DNA of 49,823 nt from the NCBI RefSeq assembly GCF_001194135.2, contig NC_068981.1, forward strand, positions 53,620,482 through 53,670,304. The letters are read 5' to 3'. The stretch is from Octopus bimaculoides (Eukaryota). The notes beneath the pieces were generated by a model, which saw only the letters and a program-made list of their open reading frames with translations, had not been told where the DNA came from and ran no database searches. Positions 24,703-35,927 of the stretch are shown one piece after another (within the stretch, counting starts at the first letter, position 1; each line of letters starts with the position of its first letter). The position numbers were made by a program, and so were the translations under genes.

Positions 24703-24964
24703 AACAACAAACAAGATGAGGACAAAATCCATCATAATGTAAATAATGTATGTATTATCTTGTACCATCAAGATTACAATAATGTGATTATTTTTTGATT
24801 GATATTGTAAGGTAGGTGTGAGAGGCCTGATCTGGCTGGTTTGGACATAAAACAAGAATATTTTGGGCAGATGTGACCAGTTTACATGTTAAAAGGTTAA
24901 GGATGGAGTAATAGTGAGACTTAAGTTATGAAAGTGAACAAATATGCTCCGGCATGGCCACAAT

Positions 24965-25218
24965 CAAATGGTCTAGTGGTAACTAGACATCTCCTTTATA
25001 GGATCCAGTTGGCTTGAGATAACTGGATCCTATAAAGGAGCTGTTGTGGTAGCAGACCCCAAAACATGGTTGAAATTCCCCCAAATGGTCTAGTGGTAAC
25101 TAGACATCTCCTTTATAGGATCCAGTTAGCTTGAGATAACTGGATCCTATAAAGGAGCTGTTGTGGTAGCAGACCCCGAAACATGGTTGAAATTCCCCCA
25201 AATGGTTTAGTGGTAACT
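24965..25218. repeat. 117-bp tandem repeat (about 2.2 units), each full unit with a perfect 20-21-bp hairpin
   Basis: Units start at 24965, 25082 and 25199. Stem CTCCTTTATAGGATCCAGTT / AACTGGATCCTATAAAGGAG at 24991-25040 and 25108-25157. Confidence 0.95.
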
Positions 25219-25306
25219 GTAGAGAAAAAGAGAGCTGATTAGTGTTAAGGATTATTAAGAAAGGAACTGAATTTTTAACACATTCAAAAAATGAGGTTAA
25301 ATTTTG

Positions 25307-26160
25307 AGTATCATCATCATCATCGTTTAACGTCCGCCTTCCATGCTAGCATGGGTTGGACGATTTGACTGAGGACTGGTGAAACCGGATGGCAACACCA
25401 AGCTCCAATCTAATTTGGCAGAGTTTCTACAGTTGGATGCCCTTCCTAACGCCAACCACTCAGAGAGTGTAGTGGGTGCTTTTACGTGTCACCCGCACGA
25501 AAACGGCCACGCTAGAAATGGTGTCTTTTATGTGCCACCCGCACAAGAGCCAGTCCAGGGGCACTGGCAACGATCTCGCTCGAAGAAATTTCATGTGTCA
25601 CCAGCACAAGAGCCAGCCCCNNNNNNNNNNNNNNNNNNNNNNNNNNNNNNNNNNNNNNNNNNNNNNNNNNNNNNNNNNNNNNNNNNNNNNNNNNNNNNNN
25701 NNNNNNNNNNNNNNNNNNNNNNNNNNNNNNNNNNNNNNNNNNNNNNNNNNNNNNNNNNNNNNNNAGTATCATCATCATCATCGTTTAACGTCCGCCTTCC
25801 ATGCTAGCATGGGTTGGACGATTTGACTGAGGACTGGTGAAACCGGATGGCAACACCAAGCTCCAATCTAATTTGGCAGAGTTTCTACAGTTGGATGCCC
25901 TTCCTAACGCCAACCACTCAGAGAGTGTAGTGGGTGCTTTTACGTGTCACCCGCACGAAGGCCAGCCAGGCGGTACCGGCAAAGGCCACGCTCATCTCGC
26001 TCGAGAAACCTCATGTGTCACCCGCACAAGAGCCAGCCCAGGGGCACCAGCAACGATCCCGCTCGAAAAATCCCAGAACCCCACACAAGAGCTAGTTCAG
26101 CGGCACCGGCAACGATCTCGCTCGAAGAAATTTCATGTGTCACCAGCACAAGAGCCAGCC
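25307..26160 (-). mobile_element. RTE-tail-derived element with (GAT)n tail and internal ~60-bp minisatellite, shown twice across a gap
   Basis: 25307-25501 is identical to 25765-25959. The internal units differ, then both copies end identically. Confidence 0.8.
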
Positions 26161-26624
26161 CCTGTTTCCCATGTTGACATGGGTTGAGCTTCTTTACAAG
26201 TGCTTGACAATCAAATGAATTAAACACACTCAATTCAATGAATTGAATTGATAAACAATGTACCTAATTTCATTTCCACTTTTAAATTCTTGCTAATAGC
26301 ATTTAAACTTTGGTACTGAGAATTTCTTGAAAGCACACACATATTACTCATTAGTTGTAAGTCATTTATGCTATAAAACAGGATGTTTACATTTGTGGCT
26401 GCAACTCAAATGCAAAAATACAGCTACATAGATTTGTTACACACAGCTAGAACACTGTAATTCTAGTTAGGTGTATTGTAATTCATTTTCAATATAATTT
26501 CAATACCATGTGTAAACAATTTTGACAGTTCTTGTTATTTATTTTCTTATGACATTATTCATCAAATATTCAAAGTTATTGTAATAAACAAATTTTTCAG
26601 GGTAGAGAAACAGCTGCAAAATGA

Positions 26625-27200
26625 GGCACATTACGACTGGCATTATGATCAAGTCGTAAATACCATAGCAGATATTTGCAGAGGGATTAGCTATTGTAAG
26701 CAACTTCATCCAGCAAAGAAATGCATTGTTTTCATCAAAACTGTTGAGAAGCTAACATCAACTATTAGGACCACTTTCTCTGGCCTGCTAGCAGTAGCAC
26801 AAAGCTGAGAGCTGGAAGCTGATCAACAGAAATAGCTGAAATTCCCAGAAATTGTTGCCTCAACATCACTAAACACAAACGTGGTGCTGAACTGAGAAGT
26901 ATCCAAATAGCTGATCATATTAGAGCTCATCATTTCTATAGGAGGGTTAGGAAGTCAGCAAAAAGGAGAGCAAAATATGCTGAGCTGATGGAATTATATG
27001 GAAACAAGTGGTGAGCAAGATGTGATCTCATTGAGACAGAATGCAGGGGGTTTCCAAGCCAATCCCTTTGCAGAGCTAACAAAATGTTGGGCATTACGAG
27101 AGTAGAGAGCAGAAGGCCATCAAATCAGCCATCTTGGCTGTGAATCAAGAGAGGTAAGCCACCGATAAGATAGTGATACGTGGGAACAAGCCAGCACTTA
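26625..27200 (+). mobile_element. HERO/NeSL-like non-LTR retrotransposon remnant (restriction-like endonuclease domain)
   Basis: Manual translation HYDWHYDQVVNTIA, GLLAVAQS*ELEAD..K*LKFP, LIILEL, RRAKYAEL and ARCDLIETECRGF..QSLCRA..MLGIT, the motif order of RLE-type elements. Confidence 0.7.
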
Positions 27201-28490
27201 ATCAACTATAGCTGGGTCGCCAGTCCAAAGCTAATTGTTGAAAAACCTGAAACACTCAATAACATCCCAGGTAACATTACTGTTGATGTGTCCAGATGCA
27301 TCATATAATATATGCAAAATTTCTGATATTTTTTCACTTTCTCTTATTATATCAGAACTTTCCAAGACACAATAGCAGGGAAATGTAAAAAGATCTGAAG
27401 CAGGCAAAAGTGTGTTGATATCTCAGAGTATTTCATTCTCCACATGTCTGCCTACCAACTCAAATATTGTAATAAAGAGTCAATTTTTAACCAGTTATAA
27501 TTCACAGCACTACCTTTTCATGCTTCTATGCCTCTACTAAGGTTGATAAAATTTTGCAATTTTTAAAGGTTTTTCTCTGTTAACTCTATAAAGTGAAGAT
27601 TAGTTATTTTCTTTCTTTCTGACCAAACAAATAATTTAAAGACTGAAGAGAAGTAGTAAGAATTCACAAAAGTGTGAACTGCCAAAATAGAAACAAATGT
27701 GTGAGAAGGGAGCAGCAATAAACCCTGAAAACAAGTGCACAAAGGGATCTCAAAAATCTTCCCTACCAATCCAGAAAACAATTATTTATCAGGCTTTGTT
27801 TTTCCATTTCTGTTAAGAAACTTTTAACCCAGTATCAAAAGGTAGTCTTTAAGAAATATTGAGACACACTGCTTAACTGTATGGAGATCGAATAACCAGT
27901 ACATACTAACCTTTAACAAGGGAGGTACTGACAAATAACATTTATAGATAAGTATCCAAACGAAATCTTTTGTATTTGGGTTTTCTTTTCAACATATACC
28001 TTCAGTTGTTATATAGGTCTTGTTGTAACCACAAAGAAATGCCATTCAAGAAGTGGTAATTTATTTCAGACATTATGATCCTTGGTAATGTCACATGTTT
28101 GCTTCTAGTTTATAATAGATACATTAAATTGTGTGTGTATGTGTGTGTGCAAGCATGCGTGTGCAAGAGTGGGGAGTGTGCAATTTCAATATGCTCTGGA
28201 ATTTATTCATGTTAAAATCTTGTAATTTTCAAGCCTCTTGACATATTTTCAAAATTAAAACCTTTTATGAGTTGGAGTATGTTTCTGATGCTTTATATAC
28301 GTGTATTTACGTGTGTGTGTTGTATAAGCAGATGCAACCTTTATAAATTCAAATGTCACAAAACCCAACACAAAAAAAAAAAAGAAAGACAAAGGATAAA
28401 TACTGGAAAATTCAATTCACATTTCCACTTTAAATGTCACAGCAACCATTGAAATAAATAAATACACAAACACACACACACATATATACA

Positions 28491-28520
28491 CTAGCAGAGA
28501 TACCCGGCGTTGCTCAGGAT
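28491..28520 (-). mobile_element. Helitron 3' terminus (hairpin plus CTAG)
   Basis: CTAGCAGAGATACCCGGCGTTGCTCAGG, same family as 49493-49520. Confidence 0.6.
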
Positions 28521-28539
28521 TAAAATGGCATACTTTTTT

Positions 28540-28739
28540 ATTCTTTTACTTGTTTCAGTTATGTGCGTGCAGACAAGCTGAAGCACAGTCTTTAGTTGAA
28601 GAAATAGACCCCAGGATTTATTGTAAGCCTAGTACTTATTCTACTGGTGTGTTTCACCAAAAGGCTAAGTTATGGGGATGCAAACACAGCAACATCAGTT
28701 GTCAAGCAATGGTGGGGATACAAACACAGACACACACAC

Positions 28740-28740
<1 letters not shown>
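28540..28740 (-). mobile_element. SINE 3' portion (dispersed family; also 36650-36845, 43638-43822)
   Basis: Three mutually similar copies, all adjoining CA/TA microsatellites. Confidence 0.65.
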
Positions 28741-28785
<45 letters not shown>

Positions 28786-28809
28786 TTTATTTAAAAGCAG
28801 CAGAAATAT

Positions 28810-28862
28810 AACAAAAACTGTTACTCAGAGTTTCACGTTCCCGTTCATCGGACAGTTTTGTT
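28810..28862 (-). ncRNA. Type-I hammerhead ribozyme motif (CCGAUGA variant core), sense in MRPL18 intron 3
   Basis: Minus strand reads AACAAAACTGT-CCGATGA-ACG(GGAA)CGT-GAA-ACTCTGAGT-A-ACAGTTTTTGTT. Stem I has 8 bp plus 4 bp after a bulge. Stem II has 3 bp with a GNRA loop. Stem III is quasi-palindromic. GUA site. Confidence 0.7.
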
Positions 28863-29119
28863 AGAAATGGGAAAGAAATGACGATGCAATCAGAACTAAT
28901 ATAAAATTAAAACACATGGATCTGTTTCATTGGTCATTTCAAATAACTGTCTTAGGTATACAATGAACAAAATAAACAAAACAAATGAATTCAATATAGA
29001 TTCATCCTATTTTTAAAAAATCAAAGAAAACCTTAAATTGAAAAGTGGGTTCAAAATACATATTGTAAATAATTATCAAATTATCGCTGAATTAACACAT
29101 TAAAATTAAAATAAAATTT

Positions 29120-29720
29120 ACGCTGCATTAAAATAAAAAATAAAAATTCTACAACAGTATATACGCATACTAGACTATCTACAACATACATATATACATC
29201 AAAATACACAGATGCATACATACAGACAATATACGTATATAGGCATATATTTCTAATATAAATACATGCATGAATATGCATGTATACACATACACATATG
29301 CACGCAATCATGCTCACGTACGAAAATTATTCAGCCTTGGAACAAGCAAGTGTATCTTAAACTTATGGAGGGGGGAAGTAAGGGTTGGGAAGAGTAACGT
29401 ATAGATAAAGGATGTTACTAATGTAGAAAGGGAGAAAGTGTGGTTTTCGTGAGGAGGGAAAGAAAGAAGTAGAGAAAGAAGGAAAGAAAGGGTAGAAAGA
29501 AATAGAGAAAGAGAGACAGAAGGAAAAAAGAAAGAAGGAAGTGTGGCGTATATAACAAATGTACACAAAATTGGATTACGTATATATATGTGTATACAAA
29601 AATGTATATTACACCATGTATACAGATATATAGGGATATGTACACGAATACACACAAATATAACTGTATACGTGCATACGCACACATTCGAGTATGTATG
29701 TGTATAAGCCTGAGTGCACA
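29120..29720. repeat. Degenerate TA/CA and GA-rich low-complexity tracts
   Basis: Explains the hydrophobic ORFs 29081-29808. Confidence 0.8.
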
Positions 29721-30260
29721 TTCTCATACGTAACATAGATGCAATACTAAAATGCAATTTGTGTATCTCTGTAATGATTCTGATAATTGAATTAACAGAA
29801 GAAACCACATCTACCTCAAAGATAGAGTCAACTGTTGATAAGTCCTAAATGGTACAGCCCTGTTATCACTTAGCTGGTACAGCACTGTGATCACTAGGCT
29901 GATTCAGTAGCTGTAGAATATATAGGATCGAGAAGAACAATCCATTATTGAAAGCAGTAGGAATATCAAGTACTCGTATGATGTGTTTCTCTCCTTCCGT
30001 AATCAAGCTTCCTTTTTTGGAGTGGCTCTCTCCAGATACCTTGTTTGAAATTTCAAAAACAATGACAAGATCCAATTGTACACTACTACTCAATACAGAA
30101 ATGAGCCAATAAAAGAGCTTCCATGTGGTAGCTTGACCATCAAGTAAAAGCAACAAAAAATTCCCTTAAATCATGTCCCACAATCAATAGAACAGGTTGA
30201 ATAATGTAGTTCTAAATATACAAATGATGTGATGACAACATTTACTGAAGAACACAAAGG

Positions 30261-30293
<33 letters not shown>

Positions 30294-30819
30294 AATAATG
30301 GGACAGTCATGGGTGAAATGTCTTTGTAGGTCTGCCTATACAGGGCTGAATTGGAGCTAAACAGCTATAACATTTTGTGTTTATGGAATGTCATTATGTC
30401 AATATAATATATGCACTGGTTCAAAGCAAATACAAAAACAAACAAAAACATTATACAAATGGCTGTGACTAAGCTACAAAAATTTTGAATTGGTGCAGAT
30501 CTCTTCTTTACATAATAGAAAAGGCAGATATTACATAAGCAATAAAATTATTTCTCAACTATACAAAAGCTATTTTAATAATGCAAAGAATTAATCATAA
30601 TCCTCCAGACATGTGTCATCAGATATGAAATGAACCATAAAAATATGAACACAGAAAAACTGACTGAAATGAGATTTTGTGACAATTTTATTTTCAAATG
30701 ACATACAAATTTATACACATATATGATAGCAGATAGGGTTTGTTTTTGTTTTTTTAAGGATCACCATGTTTTAGTCAGTAATGCTTGTAGCATTAACTTG
30801 GTGAATAAAACCTACATTA

Positions 30820-31170
30820 TTCATCATCATCACTGTCTGTTTTCCATACTGACATAGGTTAGACAGTTTGACTGAAATTGGTAAGCTTTACCAGGCTCCA
30901 GTCTGGTTTGGCTTGGTTTCTACAGTTGGATGCCCTTCCTAACACCAACCACTCCAAGAGTATAGGGGGTACCTTTTATGTGTCACTGACACTGGCCACG
31001 ACTACAATTTCACTTGGCTTGACATGTCTTCTCAAGCACAGCAAATTGCCAAAGGTCTCGATCACTTGTCCTCACCTCTGTGAGACTCAACATCTAAAGA
31101 TCATGCTTCACCACCTCATCTTGTGTCTTCCTGAGTCTACCTTTTCCACAGGCTCCCTCCACAGTTAGAG
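30820..31170 (-). mobile_element. RTE-tail-derived repeat
   Basis: GGATGCCCTTCCTAACACCAACC motif and ATC tail. Confidence 0.6.
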
Positions 31171-31189
31171 ATTATTATTTCATTATTTA

Positions 31190-31605
31190 AGCAGTGAGCT
31201 GGCAGAATTGTTAGCAAACTGGACAAAATGCTTTGCAGTATTTCTTTCAGTTCTTTACATTCTGAGTTTAAATCCCACCCAGGTCAACTTTGCCTTTCCC
31301 CCTTTCAGGGTCTATAAAATAAGTACCAGTTAAGTACTGGGGTTGATGTAATTGACTTGCTCCCCCCTGCTAAAATTGCTCACTTTGTGTCAAACTTTGA
31401 AACCATTTATAAGGTGGTGAACTGAGAAAATTGTTAGCACACAGGACAAATGCTCAGTGGCATTTTTTCTAGTTCTTTACATTCTGACTTCTAATACCAC
31501 TTCCAGAGTCAATAAAATAAGTACCAGTTGAGCACTGGGATCAATGTAACTGACTTTTCCCAACCCCCAAAATTTCAGGCCATGTGCTTAGAGTAGAACA
31601 AAATT
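31190..31605 (+). mobile_element. Two tandem Nin/Deu-like SINEs ending about 10 bp from the exon 3 donor
   Basis: Two heads (GAGCTGGCAGAA at about 31195, GAACTGAGAAAA at about 31418), each followed by the AATAAGTACCAG block. Confidence 0.7.
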
Positions 31606-31615
31606 TATTACTTAC

Positions 31616-31693
31616 TTATAATAATAATTTCTATAGGGAGCTTGTAACACCCAACCAGACTGCTTTCGAGATAACCCCATAAAATCCAATGTC
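31616..31693 (-). CDS. MRPL18: MRPL18 exon 3 (78 nt): TLDFMGLSRKQSGWVLQAPYRNYYY(K)
   Basis: Acceptor ttgcag and donor AA|gtaagt. RK-x-x-GW spacing matches MRPL18 (human ARKERGW). Phase 2 to 2. Confidence 0.9.
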
Positions 31694-32409
31694 CTGCAAT
31701 TGAATTTAATAACAATGATTCAGCAACGAATGTAGAATTTCATTTTCACTTAATCAATTATGATAATGAAATATAACTTCAAATGCTTTATATGCATTAA
31801 ACAATACATAATGAATTTATACTCTTTTCCAAAAATATACAAAATAAAAAAAATGAACATAAATAAAAAAAATGAACATAAATAAAAATAAGAGCCCAAA
31901 TTTTATTCACTTACAATTTGCTTTTTCAGCTGATGTCTTTGAAAATATGCATATACATATATACTGTTAAATCCAAAGACTTTAAAAAAAAATCTGAATT
32001 CAATACAACAATATTTTATTTTGAAATATTTCATAAACTACTGTATATGGATCATCATTGCCATAATATTTGTCTTCCATACTGGCATATTTACATAGAT
32101 AGCAACATAGACCTATAGATTTAGAGGCTTTCTTATTTTCTTTAACTAATGCTCTTTTCACCTCTGTTTCACATTTTACATCTAATGCCCCATACTAAAC
32201 ACCTTTTCTTACTCATTCTCCTTAAAACTGAATCCCTCTGGAACTTTCTCTCCTACTCTCTCTCTCTCTATCATTTGAAAATTGAATATTTGCTGCACTA
32301 ACTGCCTCCAGTAATTCCATCCCTTAATCTGAAAAATCTTTGGGTACTATGCATTCTCCTAAGGTGATTTTAAATCATGCTGGTACCTTTCCCAATCAAG
32401 CAATTAGGC

Positions 32410-32950
32410 TAAGTACACCTTTCCTTGACTTATGACCAAGTTCTGTTCCAACTGACAGATTGTAAGTCATTCTGGTCGTATGTTGGATTTATATTTTCAA
32501 CACTATTTTCATTCAAATGGCTTATAAAAATATAAAACAAAAATTTAATCCATAATTATTGTACATAACATAAAAAATACATATGTACTCTATTGTACTT
32601 TAAACAAAAATACAAACTAAAATCAATGTAAAAATTAATACATATGAAATTCCACATACATACAATAAAAAAATTGCTCCTGTTAAAAAAGTGCAACTGA
32701 AAATAAATTTTTCATTTTCAGTCATTTCTTCAGTTGAGGTAGATGATTTTTCAAGGAACATGGTAAGCTTTGTTTGTTTTTTCTTTTTATCATCATATAT
32801 CTTACGATAACAATGCTCAGCATCTTGAATGATATGTTCAACCATTGCAGCATTTGACATTAGGGTCCATTGCAAAGACAAATCAGATAAACCTTTTGCC
32901 ATGAATTTCTTTTCTGGCTCATCTTCTTTCTCAATTTTTTACTTATTTAT
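32410..32950 (-). mobile_element. Tigger/pogo-like transposon remnant
   Basis: C-terminal-like CYRKIYDDKKKKQTKLTMFL and GACTTATGACC / GGTCGTA-type subterminal motifs. Confidence 0.45.
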
Positions 32951-33159
32951 TTATTGTGGTCATAAGTGAAGATGGTTGTAAGTACAGATGGTTTTTTTTT
33001 TCACATGAAAAGCATTGAGTTAAAAGTAGCGGTATTTGTTAAACATTCTCTGTCAACAAAACTATCGTCTAACTCTGCACTTCAGTGAAACAAAAAAATT
33101 CCTGATTTGAAAAATAGGTAAGGGTTCATGACATGAAGGGTATCAGGCAGTAAACAATG

Positions 33160-33390
33160 CTTTTTATGTTCCACCGGCACGGGGGGGGGGGGGAGTCAGT
33201 GGCCCTGGCAACGATCACGCTTGGATGGTGCTCTGAGCACTCCACTAGCAGAGATGCCAGTCATGTGGTGCTGTCATCAAAATTGATTTCAATTTCACTT
33301 GCCTCAACAGGTCTTCACAAGCAGAGTTTAGTGTCCAATGAAAGAAAGGTACGCCTAAGTGGGCTGGTTACACCACTGGCATAGGTCACA
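33160..33390 (-). mobile_element. RTE-tail-derived repeat fragment
   Basis: Shares AATTTCACTTGCCTCAACAGGTCTTCACAAGC..AGTTTAGTGTC with 40690-40830. Confidence 0.6.
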
Positions 33391-34299
33391 AGCTAGTATG
33401 GAAAAAAATGGATGTAAAATAAATAAATGAAGAAACTAGATACTTGTCCCACAATATAGCAGAGTGATTTGGAAAAACATCCTATACAGCTGCTCTATGA
33501 TTTAAAATTCTTAGGAGGATGCATAGTACCAAATATTCTCCCAAAAGTGAAGAATAGAATCAGTGGAGGAGTGGGGAAGTCAGTATGATTTATGATTACA
33601 GTTCCATTTCCAGGTCAATAGTTACAAAGAGAAAGGAAGAGATCAGAGGAACTAAGCTTTGACAAAAATTGTTGAAAAAAGGTATTTAGTATTAGATATA
33701 AACATGTAAAAATGGAGACAATAGGGGTATCAGTTCAAGACTATATGAACAAGTCTGAACTGAGTCCAATAAGAGAATGACTATTAACTACTCAGTCCGA
33801 TAATAAAATATCTTAATTACATATTCTAATTGTCTTGGTGTTCTGTGAAGTATAAAACTTATTTTCTTCAATATTCAGTCTTAAGGAATAAAAAGATGTC
33901 ATTATATTAAGTTCATATTTGCAATTTTAAATCTAAATAGAGTTTTGAAATAAATTCCATTTTGACTAACATGCTAGACAGCTTTCTTGTTACAATACAT
34001 GTCACCAAAATCATCATACTTTTAACAAATAAAACCAAGTCAGTTTCTAAATTTCAGTCTCTTTCAATATATTGTAGAATGTTTCCATGCAGTGAATAAG
34101 AACCACCTATGGGGTTCTGAAACTAAATTTTCATTATATCATAGATATGAGATGAATGTATCTGATTACTGACAACAAGACCATGCATAAATATTTTATG
34201 TGTTTGTGTGACATTTTACTGAAATAATCTGTACCATTAACACTTCACAATTGAATAGCTAGCAGTCAGAATAGCATTTGGTTCATATCTACATTGTAT

Positions 34300-34528
34300 T
34301 TAACCCTTTAACATTCAAATTACTCGGTTAAATATAATGCTTATTACTTTATTCACATTGTTTTGAATTAATCTTGCATTATTTTATAGTGTCAAGATTT
34401 TGATGATGCGATTAATTTTTAGAAAGACATTGTAGGGTAAGTGTAAGAGGCCAAACCTGGTTAGCTTGAGGATAAAACAGGTTGAATATTTGGGTCAGAT
34501 ATGGCTGGTTTAAATGCTAAAGGCTTAA
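34300..34528. mobile_element. piggyBac-type MITE
   Basis: TTAA|CCCTTTAAC ... GCTAAAGGC|TTAA. Confidence 0.75.
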
Positions 34529-35927
34529 ATATTCATAGTTGAACAAACATCCTACATCATAATTTAGTTGCAAAGCAACACTAAAAGAGAAAAGACAATT
34601 GGATTAACTTTAAGTAAATAATTAGATAGTTATTTTATTTAATTGTCAATGATCTTACGTTATAACAATGCTATTACATTACAATGACAATTATTTTACA
34701 TTACAACAACATATTAATGACAATGATATTACATTACAACAACATACCTAATTAAGTTAAATTTTATAGCAAGGATTGTCTATATAGTTGATCTTTGATA
34801 TAAAATTGTAGCTCATTTACTATTTATCTTATTAACTGGGAAACAAAAATTCCAAAGACTTATCAGAATGTGAAGATTAAGTTGTGTTGTACATGAATAT
34901 TCAGATATTAGATTAGGAAGATGTTCTAAAAGAGTAAAGATTTTAGTCTAAACCATTTTCCAGATCATTTCTGAATAAAGTAAGAGACAAACAATGTACC
35001 TTTTGATAATGGGTAAATAGATTAGATGAAATTTATGTTGGATGGCTTTTAATTGCATAAGATTTAATACGTGGTGACTGTGGTACAGCACTATTTGAAA
35101 TATAGGAGCAGTGACTATGGCTGGAGTTACATCAACTTCAAGAAAAAAATTATGACAACTAAAATATTTTCAGACTATGTACTTTTAACAGACATTGAGG
35201 TTGTGATTTTTCTATGATAGAAACTTAGCAAGCACAGGAAATGTTTTATTTATGAATTGTTAAAGTGCAACAAATGATAATAGTTCATGAGGAAAGAAGG
35301 AGCTAAAACAGTTTGGGACAACTGTAAGTGACCAATAAGGAAAAATATATTTAAAGTATTGAAGAAAATAGTCCTTAATTGTTTGAAAGTAATTAGTCAG
35401 TATGGATAAGGGAGACAATATTTTCTAGGGCACATATAGTTGTGTATTTCTATATTTCTGGATATTATATCATTTGACAAGGGTTGGAACACACTGTACT
35501 GAGAAGACTGAAGATTTTGTTACATTTGGCAATAGTTTGCTTTAATTAGAATTTTTAGCAAAAATTCTTTTTTCTCCTTTCAAGTTTCATTTTACCAGAA
35601 CAAAGGAAAAGTAGAAACGATTCTTTAGTTCTGCAGACAACCTTATCAGTCTTAGTAGAACAATAAACTTGGTTTTTGATAGGAAGCACAACCAGCCATA
35701 AAAACCAGAAAAATAACACAAAATACACAAATGAAAGAGGACCCCATAACAGCATAGAGAAACATATGACTAATAATTTTATCCATTAAAAAAAAATAAC
35801 AGGTTTGCAAGCTTTATTTCTCAAATACATTGATGCAAGCTGGGACCAATAGAATCCAAACAGCAACAGGAGGAAGTTAATCAAATTTATTTAATTATCT
35901 CAAATTATAAGGCACGTCCTCATTATC

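Larger units (their letters stand above)
24281..24747. mobile_element. 467-bp foldback: two head-to-head copies of a tRNA-derived head + (AAT/AAC)n + hammerhead-bearing (Penelope-like) tail
   Basis: Arms 24281-24509 and 24516-24747 with spacer GGGCAT. The head has an A box (TGGCGTAGTGG) and a B box (GAGTTCAATTCC). Sits inside a TTAA MITE. Confidence 0.8.
24164..24900. mobile_element. piggyBac-type MITE interrupted by the 467-bp foldback
   Basis: TTAA|CCTTTTAGCA ... TAAAAGG|TTAA. The MITE sequence resumes after about 24748. Confidence 0.7.

Noticed and set aside
24965-25218. CRISPR-like appearance (repeated palindromic units)
   Set aside because: Units are contiguous near-identical copies with no unique spacers, no cas genes, and the context is eukaryotic.
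25366-25395. CTGAGGA...GAAAC in the RTE-tail repeat as a hammerhead
   Set aside because: Only 5 nt lie between the core halves with no stem II, and there is no stem I or III pairing.
29866-30156. ORF with LDLVIVFEIS resembling a vWA domain start
   Set aside because: The MIDAS DxSxS motif is absent, there are no convincing splice sites, and it does not fit the MRPL18 exon chain.
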